From Candidatus Acidiferrales bacterium (GTDB lineage: Bacteria > Acidobacteriota > Terriglobia > Acidiferrales > UBA7541): 64,000 nucleotides of DNA. Where the stretch lies: positions 97,047-161,046 of the forward strand of contig CAVPXU010000013.1 of NCBI GenBank assembly GCA_963709705.1, in the 5' to 3' direction. The notes under the pieces were generated by a model. That model made no database searches. It saw only the letters and a list, made by a program, of their open reading frames with translations, and was not told the DNA's origin. Made by a program: the position numbers and the translations under genes. Within the stretch, counting starts at the first letter, position 1, and each line of letters opens with the position of its first letter. Shown in pieces: positions 24,785-34,505 of this stretch.

Positions 24785-26065
24785 ATGACACGCAGGCTGA
24801 GTGTGGCGATGTTGGTGTGCTTTGTGGTTCATGTTGCCGCTGCGGCGGCGCAGGATTTTCCGACGGCAAAACCAGAATCCGTGGGGATGTCCGGCGAACG
24901 GCTGGAGCGCATTGGCAAGACTGTTCAGAAAGAGATCGACGACAAGCACATCGCCGGGGTTGTGACACTGGTGATGCGGCACGGCCAGGTGGTGTGGTCC
25001 AAGGCGCAGGGGATGCAAGACCTCGAGGCTGGGAAACGTATGCGCCCCGACGCGATTTTTCGCATCTGCTCAATGTCCAAGCCTATTACGAGCGCCGCGG
25101 TGATGATGCTTTATGAAGAGGGCAATTTCCTGCTGGAAGATCCGGTTTCCAAATATCTGCCGGAATTCAAGAATCCCAAAGTGCTTGTGAAGCCGGCGAA
25201 TGGCGGCCAGGCTTACACGATTCCAGCTACGCGGGAAATCACGATCCGCGATCTGTTGAGACACACTTCGGGTATCACCTACCAGTGGAACGCCGATCTT
25301 GGTCCGCTATACAAGGAAGCGAATGTTGCGAGCGGATTGCTGCCTTATGACGGCACGATCGCGGACAGCGTGGAGCGCCTTTCCAAGCAGCCTTTGTTGT
25401 TTAATCCGGGCGAACGCTGGGAATATGGCCTCAGCGTGGACGTTCTCGGGCGCCTTGTGGAAGTTATTTCCGGGAAACCTTTGGACGAATTTCTGCGCAC
25501 GCGCATTTTCGAGCCGCTGGGTATGAAGGATACTTACTTTTTTCCGCCCGACAACAAACTGGATCGCCTTGCGACAGCGTATACGTATTATGACGGCAAG
25601 GGTTTGAATCGCTTTCCCGACGCGCCGATCGTCGACGGCGCCTTCCTTTACACGGCCGATTATCCTTACCGTGGACCCAAGAAACTTTTTTCGGGCGGCG
25701 CGGGATTGAATTCCACAGCGGGGGATTACGCGCGTTTCTGCGAAATGATGCTGGAAGGCGGCAAGCTCGGCAAGGTGCGCATCCTGAGCCGCAAATCAGT
25801 GGAGCTGATGACGCACGATCAACTGGGGAAAATCGCGCCGGACGAGGGATTTGGTCTCGGATTCGGGATTGATGGCGTGAAAGCGCCGCTGGCGGAACTG
25901 GGCACACCGGGCGAGTACAACTGGGGCGGATTTTTCTATACGGGATTCTCGATCGATCCTAAGGAAGAACTGATCGTGATCTTCATGGCACAACTGCATC
26001 CAACAGGCGATTTGGATCTGGATCGCGAAGTTCACGCGCTTGCTTATCAGGCGATTGATGATTGA
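24785..26065 (+). CDS. Serine hydrolase, beta-lactamase class C-like family
   Basis: Signal peptide from ATG 24785, FRICSMSK (SxxK), DLLRHTSG, PGERWEYG and WGG motifs. Confidence 0.92.
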   Translation: MTRRLSVAMLVCFVVHVAAAAAQDFPTAKPESVGMSGERLERIGKTVQKEIDDKHIAGVVTLVMRHGQVVWSKAQGMQDLEAGKRMRPDAIFRICSMSKPITSAAVMMLYEEGNFLLEDPVSKYLPEFKNPKVLVKPANGGQAYTIPATREITIRDLLRHTSGITYQWNADLGPLYKEANVASGLLPYDGTIADSVERLSKQPLLFNPGERWEYGLSVDVLGRLVEVISGKPLDEFLRTRIFEPLGMKDTYFFPPDNKLDRLATAYTYYDGKGLNRFPDAPIVDGAFLYTADYPYRGPKKLFSGGAGLNSTAGDYARFCEMMLEGGKLGKVRILSRKSVELMTHDQLGKIAPDEGFGLGFGIDGVKAPLAELGTPGEYNWGGFFYTGFSIDPKEELIVIFMAQLHPTGDLDLDREVHALAYQAIDD

Positions 26066-26151
26066 GGCAAGGTTCGATCTTGACGTGTTGAGGTTTGCAA
26101 AGTGTTTTACTAACTTCTGGGTGAGTGTGAGAATGGAGCGCTACGAAGCGA

Positions 26152-26748
26152 CTATCGTTCCCGGCCCTCGCCGAAGGTATAGATCAGGCTTACGCTTGGC
26201 TTAAGATTGGACTGGCCTGCCAGTTCGATGCTCGAGTTGAAGAAGGTTGTATGCAGGTAATCAGCTCCTATGCGCACGGAGAATGACCGCGACATGCGAT
26301 ACTGCACGCCCGCTCCGGCGTCCCATGCGAAGCGATTCACGAATCCCGTCACAATCTGGCCATTGGGCTCGAAATTCACGCCCGTCTCTCTCGCCCCACC
26401 GAGCAGAACGTGGGTGTAAACGGTGAAGTTCCGCTTCCGAAGAGGATAGAAAACAGGGCCGGCCATGTACGTCAGCAGATCCGCCGTGCGACCCGAGTTG
26501 AAGGCGTCAAAATTCCGGGCATAGCCCAAATCCAAATGAATTCCGAAGCGGCGATTGAAATCCGCCGTGCCCAAGAGGTCTACTCCGTTCATGGCCAGTT
26601 TGGTCTGTGAAGGCACGCTGGCATCGACGTAGGAATAGCCAATTCCCGCTTCATAGGCGGGAGCAATTCCAGCAAATACCGGCCCTTGCGCGAACGCGAC
26701 GGGCGCGGACAGGAGTACCAGAAGTAATAGCTTAATCGACGTTCTCAT
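26152..26748 (-). CDS. Outer-membrane beta-barrel protein (OmpA/PagP-like 8-strand type)
   Basis: Signal peptide, alternating beta-strand pattern, YMAGP, GAGVQY and terminal SLIYTFG. Confidence 0.8.
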   Translation of the reverse strand: MRTSIKLLLLVLLSAPVAFAQGPVFAGIAPAYEAGIGYSYVDASVPSQTKLAMNGVDLLGTADFNRRFGIHLDLGYARNFDAFNSGRTADLLTYMAGPVFYPLRKRNFTVYTHVLLGGARETGVNFEPNGQIVTGFVNRFAWDAGAGVQYRMSRSFSVRIGADYLHTTFFNSSIELAGQSNLKPSVSLIYTFGEGRER

Positions 26749-26992
26749 GGATTCCTCAGGGAAGTCTCGCTTCCGCGCGCGTTCCCGACGCCTGCCCCCT
26801 TGGCTTGCATCGATTAGATTCGCACCAGGCCTATTTTGCTTCTGAGGGATGGGAATTTAATTATAGGGTGCGAGAAGGTGGTGGTTCAACGCGATTAAAG
26901 TACAGGTCCAATTTATAAATGGTGTATTTTCAATCTCTTAGAATACCTGTACATCCTGACCTTTGGGCTGAGTTTAAGGACGGGCCAAAATT

Positions 26993-27586
26993 CTACGTCA
27001 ATTTGGGTAGAAACATTCCGGTGTGTTTGGAATGCTCGTCGAAGCCCGGACCAAATTCCTCGCGAAGGAAGCGTTCCTCGCGGCGCGCCTTGAAATAGAA
27101 GCCGGCCAGCATGATCGCTACGCCGATCCAGCCTCGCAGATGGCCACGGATCACGGCGGACCCTACCATTCCCAAAAGAATGCCAGTGTAGATCGGGTGG
27201 CGGATCCAGCGATACAGGCCATTGCGAATGAGGACGTGGTCTTGCTTCAGGGTGACCATGCCGCTCCAGTTCGAGCCCAAACTCAGGCGCGCCCAGATAC
27301 TGATGCCGACTCCGATGGCGGTTAGAAGGAGTCCGGAAGCCCAAAACGACGGAGTGTTTGGCACCAGGCGGTAATTGAGCCAACCCCAATTCATGCTTCC
27401 GGCGCCAAATAGCAGCCAAAACCCCAAAGCCACCATGAGGCCGTGCTGCGCGCGCCCGGCCCATCCTTCGCGCTTCTTGGCCTTTTTCATGCCGAGCCAC
27501 ATGACCACCCAGACGATCAACAGGAGTTGCCACAATCGGCCCGCCCAGTCCGAAGCAGTGTCGGCGGTTAGCCAGTCCCAGTGCAT
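26993..27586 (-). CDS. Isoprenylcysteine carboxylmethyltransferase family protein
   Basis: TM helices, LGSNWS, HVLIRNGLYRWIRHPIYTG and EERFL..EFG motifs. Confidence 0.9.
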   Translation of the reverse strand: MHWDWLTADTASDWAGRLWQLLLIVWVVMWLGMKKAKKREGWAGRAQHGLMVALGFWLLFGAGSMNWGWLNYRLVPNTPSFWASGLLLTAIGVGISIWARLSLGSNWSGMVTLKQDHVLIRNGLYRWIRHPIYTGILLGMVGSAVIRGHLRGWIGVAIMLAGFYFKARREERFLREEFGPGFDEHSKHTGMFLPKLT

Positions 27587-27744
27587 GGTTGTCGATTCCT
27601 TTACGTCAATTCAGCGGCTTGATGGCCTGGATTTTATACGATTTTCCGTCCTAAAAAATTACAGTGCCGCACACGCTGGCAGAGCTTGTCTCGGCTCCAA
27701 TTTGGCGGTTGTCGCTTCCTCGAGGCCAGCCAATAATCGTTGTT

Positions 27745-28929
27745 ATGAAAAAGACCGCCCATTCTACATTGCGTCCCCAAACACGCGCCATTCATGCCGG
27801 TGAACCGCCGCGCCACGGCGTGGGCGCGCCGGTAACGTCAGCCATCGTGCGTTCTTCGACGTTTACGCTTGCTTCCAGCGAAGAATTGAAGCTGTGGGCC
27901 GAAGGCAAGAGCGATGCTTTCATGTACTCGCGCGACGGAAATCCGACGCTGGCGATGGCGGAGAAGAAAATCGCGGCGCTGGAGGGAGCCGATGGCGCGG
28001 TGGTCACCGCTTCAGGAATGGCAGCGATTTCCAGTACGCTGCTGACGTTTCTTGGGAATGGCGATGAGTTGATCTCGACGGCGCAGGTTTATGGCGGAGC
28101 TTACCGGCTGATGCGCGATATTTTCCCGCGCTTCGGAATCACGGTGCGAAACGTCGAATCCTCGCTGGAGGGCTTGGAAGCGCTGCTTACGCCGAAAACG
28201 AAATGCCTATATGTGGAAACGCCGACAAATCCTACGCTGTATCTGGTGGATTTGCGGAAGGCCGCGGTGTTTGCGCGCAAGCATCACCTGATCAGCATCG
28301 TGGACAATACGTTTGCCACGCCCATGCTGCAAAATCCGATCGAGTATGGATTCGACCTAGTGGTGCACAGCGTGACGAAAGGGCTTTCAGGGCATTCGGA
28401 CTTGCTGGGAGGAGTTGTGGCCGGCAAAGCGGACTATGTTGCCAGAGTGCGGCACATGGTTTCATGTTTCGGCGGGTGCATGGATCCTGACGTTGCGTTT
28501 TTGCTGATGAGAGGAATGAAGACGCTTGGCGTCCGGTTGGCGCGGCAGTGCGAAACAGCGTTGCGTGTGGCGAAATTTCTGGAGAAGCATCCGAAGGTTG
28601 CGCGCGTTCACTACCCGGGGCTAAGGTCGCATCCGGACCATGAGCTTGCGAAAAAGCAGATGTGCGGGTTCGGATCGATGCTGGCATTTGACATGAAAGG
28701 CGGGTTGCCGGCGGCGAGGAAATTCTGTGATCGCGCTAAACTCTTCTTGCTGGCGGCGAGCTTAGGAGGAGTGGAATCGCTGATTATTCTTCCGATTTAT
28801 GGCTCGCACTTCCGCATGAACAAAGACGAACTGCGACGCGCGGGGGTTGAGCCAGGGACGGTGCGAGTGTCCATCGGGCTGGAAGACGCGCAGGATCTGA
28901 TCGAGGATCTGGAGCAGGCGATTCGCTAG
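27745..28929 (+). CDS. Cys/Met metabolism PLP-dependent enzyme (cystathionine gamma-synthase/methionine gamma-lyase family)
   Basis: YSRDGNPT, SGMAAI, ETPTNP, VDNTF, HSVTKGLSGHSD, SLGGVESL and RVSIGLED motifs. Confidence 0.92.
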   Translation: MKKTAHSTLRPQTRAIHAGEPPRHGVGAPVTSAIVRSSTFTLASSEELKLWAEGKSDAFMYSRDGNPTLAMAEKKIAALEGADGAVVTASGMAAISSTLLTFLGNGDELISTAQVYGGAYRLMRDIFPRFGITVRNVESSLEGLEALLTPKTKCLYVETPTNPTLYLVDLRKAAVFARKHHLISIVDNTFATPMLQNPIEYGFDLVVHSVTKGLSGHSDLLGGVVAGKADYVARVRHMVSCFGGCMDPDVAFLLMRGMKTLGVRLARQCETALRVAKFLEKHPKVARVHYPGLRSHPDHELAKKQMCGFGSMLAFDMKGGLPAARKFCDRAKLFLLAASLGGVESLIILPIYGSHFRMNKDELRRAGVEPGTVRVSIGLEDAQDLIEDLEQAIR

Positions 28930-28951
28930 GTTGTTTGCAAGCATTTCATTT

Positions 28952-29710
28952 TCACCTTGCCGGAACTTCGACGGCAACGCCCCAGGATTCCTTCTCTGGA
29001 AGCATGGATTTCACGCGGTCTTCCAGTTCATGAGAACTTTTCACGTGTTCGGGATAGTTGTGCGCGGATAGATCGAAAGTGGAACCGAAGCGCGCGCGCA
29101 GCAGTTGCAGATCTTCCTGAAGACGAAAGGCAACGCGTTTCGCGGTCAGCGTGTCCGTTTCCGGCAGAATGATGCCGAAAAGGTCGTCGGATAAATGGTA
29201 GATGGAATCCATGGGCCGAAGCTTTTTCGAGAGCACTTTGGCGGCGTCGCTTAATGCCGATTGGCGATCGTTTGGCGATGCGCCAGCACCGGGCTTCGCC
29301 TTGACCAAGACCAGCGACATTGTCTTTTCCATGGTCAGCGCACGGCGGAATTCCATGGTCAGGCGATCCCAAAAATATTTTTGGTCGGGCATGGATTTCA
29401 GGATATCTGCGCTGGCCTGAAGCTGCAGCGCGACGTTTCGTTCGAGTTCCGCCAACAATTGATCTTTGAGCTTGTTGAAAGTGCGCTGGCGGTCGAAGAG
29501 ATAGGAGATGAAAAGAATCGTGAGGGCGCAAAACCCGAAAAAGGCCACGCGCAACGTCCACTTGTTTCCTTCGGGATGAACGAACACGAGAGGATACATG
29601 AAGATGGCCAGGCCGGTTGCGAGAACGAACACGAAGACGGCCGAAAAAATGGTCAACTGGAGGCCGCGTCGCTCCAAGCGGTCGAGTTCCCGACGATCGA
29701 TCGTAGCCAT
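28952..29710 (-). CDS. Two-TM protein with degenerate GGDEF-like domain
   Basis: Two N-terminal TM helices and a coiled linker, then LRPMDSIYHLSDDLFGIILPETD at the RxGGDEF position. Confidence 0.7.
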   Translation of the reverse strand: MATIDRRELDRLERRGLQLTIFSAVFVFVLATGLAIFMYPLVFVHPEGNKWTLRVAFFGFCALTILFISYLFDRQRTFNKLKDQLLAELERNVALQLQASADILKSMPDQKYFWDRLTMEFRRALTMEKTMSLVLVKAKPGAGASPNDRQSALSDAAKVLSKKLRPMDSIYHLSDDLFGIILPETDTLTAKRVAFRLQEDLQLLRARFGSTFDLSAHNYPEHVKSSHELEDRVKSMLPEKESWGVAVEVPAR

Positions 29711-29885
29711 GAGCATTCTCCGTGTTCGCCGGCGCGTCGCCGCGAAATACCGGCACACCTCCAGAGTCCGGGTTGCCATGGTCCGGGGCAATAGGCCGAG
29801 GGTACTTTGTGATGAAAGAGATATGCAGGCTAAAAGGCTGAAATGATTGAGCTTGTGGTATTGAATGGCTAAGCGAACGAGGTAA

Positions 29886-30920
29886 TCAAGGATTCGCGCC
29901 TTCGGTGGAGTATTGCGTTTGGTCGACGAACTGAGCTGCCGCGCCCTTTGGCCCGACGGCCCAGCCTTTGCCGCTGATGAAGGTGACGGCGTTCAGCCTG
30001 GGGGAATCGATGTGCGACCAGTGGATACCGTTGCGACTGGTTTCCGCACCGTTGAGGCCGACGGCTACAAAACCGGCATCGAAGGTGTCGACGCAGGAGA
30101 GATATCCTGACGGGAGCTCCTCGGCCAAGTGCCAGGTCCTGCCTTCGTCGGAGGAATAGGCGGCGGTATTTTCGGGGGCATTTGGTTTGTCGTAATCTCC
30201 GCCAACTATGACCACGGTATCTCCCGCGCGGACAATCGAGAAAATTCCCTGGGAGGGTTTTCCGCTGATGACCGGCGTTTCGGTAACGGTCCAGGTGCGT
30301 CCGAGATCGGCGGAGTGAAACACGCGGGCGCGCGAGCCGCCCGTTGCAAAATAAAGCTCGGTTTTTCCGTAGAGCAAGAGGCTGGAGTTGCTGGCGGCGA
30401 AGGCACCTTCTTGCGGCAGCGCGGCAGGCATTTGCTCTCGGGGCAATTCGTTCCAGCGCAGGCCGTCGGTGGTTTCAAGCAAGAGGAATTTGCCGTCGAC
30501 TGGATCGCTGAGGGCGAAGCAGTGTTTTATGTCCGAGCACGCCAAGGCATCAAGGAAAAATCCTTTTCGATTGTCGCGGTACTGCAGCGCCCAGGTGGCT
30601 CCGCCGTCAGCGGATTTATAAATTCGGGAGGCTTGTCCTTCGCCGCTGGACATGACGTAAACGGATTTGCCGTCGAAAGTTTGCACGCCGCGAAAATCCA
30701 GATTTTCCGCTCCGGAAATATGTGCGGGCGCCCAGGTTTGTCCGGCGTCTTCGGAATGCACGATGGTTCCTTTGGAACCGGTGGCCCAGATAAGGGTGCT
30801 GCCGCGGTGGACAACGACCGCGACGCCGCGGAGGTTGGCATCCACACCGGTGGGTTGAACCGACCACCACGAATCGGGCGCTGCCAACATCAACAGCAAG
30901 CTGCATAGTATAAAACGCAT
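29886..30920 (-). CDS. YCF48/BNR-repeat beta-propeller protein (secreted)
   Basis: Repeated SxDxGxTW motifs, NLDFRGV, EGAFAASNS and IVGGDY. Confidence 0.85.
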   Translation of the reverse strand: MRFILCSLLLMLAAPDSWWSVQPTGVDANLRGVAVVVHRGSTLIWATGSKGTIVHSEDAGQTWAPAHISGAENLDFRGVQTFDGKSVYVMSSGEGQASRIYKSADGGATWALQYRDNRKGFFLDALACSDIKHCFALSDPVDGKFLLLETTDGLRWNELPREQMPAALPQEGAFAASNSSLLLYGKTELYFATGGSRARVFHSADLGRTWTVTETPVISGKPSQGIFSIVRAGDTVVIVGGDYDKPNAPENTAAYSSDEGRTWHLAEELPSGYLSCVDTFDAGFVAVGLNGAETSRNGIHWSHIDSPRLNAVTFISGKGWAVGPKGAAAQFVDQTQYSTEGANP

Positions 30921-30952
30921 GGGAACGCTACTTTATCAGGAATTGAGAGGAC

Positions 30953-31360
30953 TTACTTCTTTACGGTTGGGGCGTTGGTGGAGATTACAGTGCGGGCTTC
31001 GGGGTGTTTTGGGCTCCAGTCTTCGGGAGGAAACGCCACACGCCAGAAGGTTGGACAAGCAACGGAGAACTCCAGACCGATTTCCGCTTTACCGGAACGG
31101 ACAGGGCCGAGAAAGACTACGTGGCATTCCTGCTCTTCCTGCGTGTGCTTGTGCTGAAGGAGAACTTTGCTGCCGCTGGTAAGGCGAGCTTGCAACTGAA
31201 CAAGCGCCCCATGCGCATTGATCGCCAGTGTAGCGGCTTCTTCTTCAAAGCTCTGACCTTGTGCGTCGCTTCCGCGTACTCTAATCGCCACCTGCATCAA
31301 TACCCGCTGGCTCCGTCGACGAGGGCTGGGGTGATTAGGAGGATTCGAAGTTGTGGCCAT
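30953..31360 (-). CDS. PilZ domain protein
   Basis: RRSQR (RxxxR) motif, second motif non-canonical (AINAHG), and GLEF...FWRVAFPPEDW tail. Confidence 0.75.
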   Translation of the reverse strand: MATTSNPPNHPSPRRRSQRVLMQVAIRVRGSDAQGQSFEEEAATLAINAHGALVQLQARLTSGSKVLLQHKHTQEEQECHVVFLGPVRSGKAEIGLEFSVACPTFWRVAFPPEDWSPKHPEARTVISTNAPTVKK

Positions 31361-31496
31361 AGGACCTCGTACATTCCAATATACCTTGGGAAAGGCGAAA
31401 GTCGAGGATGAAGGAAAGTCAGCGTATGCAAAAAGGATATGAGGGATAGGGAAACAGAAACATTACGGGAAGCTTATGAAGTGCAGCTTGCTGTCG

Positions 31497-32837
31497 CTAG
31501 GTGCGGTCGTCGATGGGAAGATATGAGCGCGTGTCGTGGCCAAGGTAGATTTGCCGCGGCCGCGCAATCTTTTGTTCCGGATCCAGGAGCATCTCTTCCC
31601 ATTGCGCCACCCAGCCGGACATGCGCGGAATAGCGAATAGCACGGGGAACATCGTCATGGGGAAGCCCATGGACTGGTAGATCAGGCCGGTATAGAAGTC
31701 CACGTTGGGATAGAGCTTGCGCTTGATGAAGTATTCGTCTTCCAAGGCGATGCGCTCGCATTCCAGAGCGATCTCCAAAAGCGGATTCTTGCCCATCAAT
31801 TCGAAGACTTCGTAGGCAATTTTCTTGATGATGCGCGCGCGGGGATCGTAATTCTTGTAAATCCTGTGGCCAAATCCCATCAGGCGAGTCTCTCCCGCCT
31901 TGACGCGCTTGATGAATTCCGGGACCTTGGCGATTGAGCCGATTTCCATCAACATGCGCAGGGCTTCTTCGTTGGCACCGCCGTGCAGCGGACCGTAAAG
32001 AGCAGCAGTGGCGGCGGCCGACGCGCAAAATGGATCGACGTGGCTGCTGCCGACTCCGCGAATGGTGTTGGCCGAGCAGTTCTGCTCGTGGTCGGCGTGA
32101 AGGATGAACAAAATGTCGAGGGCGCGCTCGAGAGTGGGATTGGGGCGGTAGCGCGTCTCGCTAGTGCGGAACAGCATGTTCAAGAAATTGCCGGTATAGC
32201 TCAAATCGTTGTCTGGATAAACGTAGGGCATGCCAAGCGTGTGACGATAGGCAAACGCCGCAAGCGTGGGCATTTTGCCAATGAGCCGGTAAGTTTGCTT
32301 CTTTCTGGCCGCGGCGTCGAAAATGTGCTTGGAATCCGGATAGAAGGTGCTCAAACCTGCGATGGTGGATATAAGCATGCCCATGGGATGAGCATCGTAG
32401 TGGAAGCCGTCGAGGAATTTCTTGATGCTTTCGTGGATGTAAGTGTGATGGGTAACGTGATACTGCCAATCTTTCAATTGGGACGAGTTCGGCAGTTCGC
32501 CGTTCAGCAGCAGGTAGGCCGTTTCGAGATAAGTGGATTTTTCCGCGAGTTCCTCGATTGGGTAACCACGGTAACGCAGAATTCCTTTGTCTCCGTCGAT
32601 ATAGGTGATGCGGCTGATGCAGGAAGCGGTGTTGTTGAACGCCGGATCGTAACTCATCATCCCGAATTCAGCTTCGTCTACCTTGATTTTGCGGAGATCA
32701 CTGGCGCGAATGGTTTCGTGAGTGATGGGGACTTCGTAACTTTGACCGGTGCGGTTATCCGTGATGGTGAGAGTTTCGCGGCGAGAGGAAGATGCCTCCG
32801 CGGTCTTCGTTTGCGTCGATGAAAGTGCAGAGTCCAT
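31497..32837 (-). CDS. gltA: Citrate synthase
   Basis: YIDGDKGILRYRGY, AHPMG, LHADHEQN, GPLHGGAN, MGFGHRIYK and YPNVDFY motifs. Confidence 0.97.
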   Translation of the reverse strand: MDSALSSTQTKTAEASSSRRETLTITDNRTGQSYEVPITHETIRASDLRKIKVDEAEFGMMSYDPAFNNTASCISRITYIDGDKGILRYRGYPIEELAEKSTYLETAYLLLNGELPNSSQLKDWQYHVTHHTYIHESIKKFLDGFHYDAHPMGMLISTIAGLSTFYPDSKHIFDAAARKKQTYRLIGKMPTLAAFAYRHTLGMPYVYPDNDLSYTGNFLNMLFRTSETRYRPNPTLERALDILFILHADHEQNCSANTIRGVGSSHVDPFCASAAATAALYGPLHGGANEEALRMLMEIGSIAKVPEFIKRVKAGETRLMGFGHRIYKNYDPRARIIKKIAYEVFELMGKNPLLEIALECERIALEDEYFIKRKLYPNVDFYTGLIYQSMGFPMTMFPVLFAIPRMSGWVAQWEEMLLDPEQKIARPRQIYLGHDTRSYLPIDDRT

Positions 32838-33158
32838 GCAAAATACCTCGATATGGCTGGCGCGGAGCGTAGCCTTGTACAAATACCACTTTACACCAAA
32901 GAAACGCGAGGAGGAAATGCGGAGAATGTGTGGTAGGTAAGACCAGGTACTGGCCGGAGCGGGTCCGGCAAGGAGACCGGTGACAAGCATCGGTCTCGCC
33001 GAAATTGTGAAAATGACAAATAAAACGGGTTATTTTGGCGCTGGTGATGGAATTCGCCTAACGGCAAGGACACATTGCGGAATGCTATCAGGCTTAAGAG
33101 GTACGCCGTGGTGGGGTAGACTGGCGTGCGTGCGAAATCGTGAACTCAAAACCAGTGA

Positions 33159-34463
33159 ATGCCCGTGATGAGGGCGAAAAGCTCTGAGGCAAACCTTGTG
33201 CCGCGCCGGCGTTGGGGTATTGCCTGTTTGCTGGGATTCGGTATTTTGGTGAATTACTTTGACCGGGTAAATCTTTCGGTCTCGCAAGATGCGCTTCACG
33301 CTGCGTTCGGCATCTCCACCGTCACGTTCGGCTATTTACTCAGCGCGTACAGTTGGTCTTATGCGGCGTTACAACTTCCTTCTGGCCTGATTCTGGATCG
33401 CTTCGGAGTGAAGCTGGTTGGCCGAATCAGCACTTTGTTGTGGAGTGTGGCTTCGTTCGGGGCGGCAATTTCCTCCGGACTGACGGGATTTCTGGGCGCG
33501 CGTCTTTTGCTGGGTGTTGGAGAGGCGCCGACATTTCCCGCGAACGCAAAGGCTGTGGGGTATTGGTTTCCGGCGGAGGAACGGAGCCTGGCGACAGCAG
33601 TTTTTGATTCGATGGCGAAGTTTTCGTCGGCGATTGGCGTGCCGGCGATCGGACTGGTGATGTTGCGGTTTGGATGGCGATGGAGTTTCGCGGCGACAGG
33701 AATCATCAGCTTTTTCTATTTCATACTTTTTTATGTGTTTTACCGGAATCCCAGCGAGGATGAGCATCTTTCTGAAACGGAGCGCGAGTTTATTCACGAT
33801 GGTGGGGCGCAACCTGAAGACCGCGAAAGGGCAGCCAAGGGGGCGCCACTTGGATATCTGTTGAGTCAGAAAAAAGTATGGGGGTTGGTGCTGGGATTTG
33901 CGGCGTATAACTACACTTTTTATCTGCTGCTGACCTGGCTGCCGTCGTATCTGTCCTCAGCGCATCACATCGATTTGTTTCACTCCGCGATGTACACGAG
34001 CGTGCCGTGGCTGTTCGCCACGTTCACGGACATCCTGATGGGCGGATGGCTTGTGGATAAGCTGATTCAGCGCGGCAACGATTCGTCGTTCGTGCGCCGG
34101 GCGATCCTGATTGGCGGCACGACGTTTGGGCTGGGAGTTTTCGGAGCGGCGTATGCGCAGACGACGGTGGGAGCGATTGTGTGGATCAGCGTGTCGATCG
34201 GAGGATTGTCCGCGGCTTCCCCGGTGGGTTGGTCTATTCCGTCTTTGATCGCGCCGCGAGAGAGCGTGGGAACGCTTAGTGGAATTCTGAATTTCGGGAA
34301 TCAGCTCTCGGCGATTGCCGCGCCGATTGTGACGGGATACGTGGCGCAGACGACGCATTCATTTTTCTGGGCGTTTGGAGTGGCGGCGATATTTTTAGTG
34401 GTGGGCATAGCAGGATATGTGTTTCTGCTGGGGCGCATCGAGCCGATCGCCGAACCGGCGTAA
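33159..34463 (+). CDS. MFS transporter, anion:cation symporter family (DgoT-like sugar-acid carrier)
   Basis: NYFDRVNLSV, LILDRFG, GVGEAPTFP, ERSLAT and WLPSYL motifs. Confidence 0.9.
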   Translation: MPVMRAKSSEANLVPRRRWGIACLLGFGILVNYFDRVNLSVSQDALHAAFGISTVTFGYLLSAYSWSYAALQLPSGLILDRFGVKLVGRISTLLWSVASFGAAISSGLTGFLGARLLLGVGEAPTFPANAKAVGYWFPAEERSLATAVFDSMAKFSSAIGVPAIGLVMLRFGWRWSFAATGIISFFYFILFYVFYRNPSEDEHLSETEREFIHDGGAQPEDRERAAKGAPLGYLLSQKKVWGLVLGFAAYNYTFYLLLTWLPSYLSSAHHIDLFHSAMYTSVPWLFATFTDILMGGWLVDKLIQRGNDSSFVRRAILIGGTTFGLGVFGAAYAQTTVGAIVWISVSIGGLSAASPVGWSIPSLIAPRESVGTLSGILNFGNQLSAIAAPIVTGYVAQTTHSFFWAFGVAAIFLVVGIAGYVFLLGRIEPIAEPA

Positions 34464-34505
34464 ATTCTTCATTGGAGAAATTTATTGGCGTTGATCCGCG
34501 ACCTG

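Noticed and set aside
26066-26086. GGTTCGATC as a tRNA T-loop or attachment-site remnant
   Set aside because: No G53-C61 closing pair, acceptor stem or other cloverleaf arms.
27587-27744. SAM/S-box riboswitch upstream of the Cys/Met PLP enzyme
   Set aside because: No ATCAAGAG/GCAACC core or terminator is recognisable.
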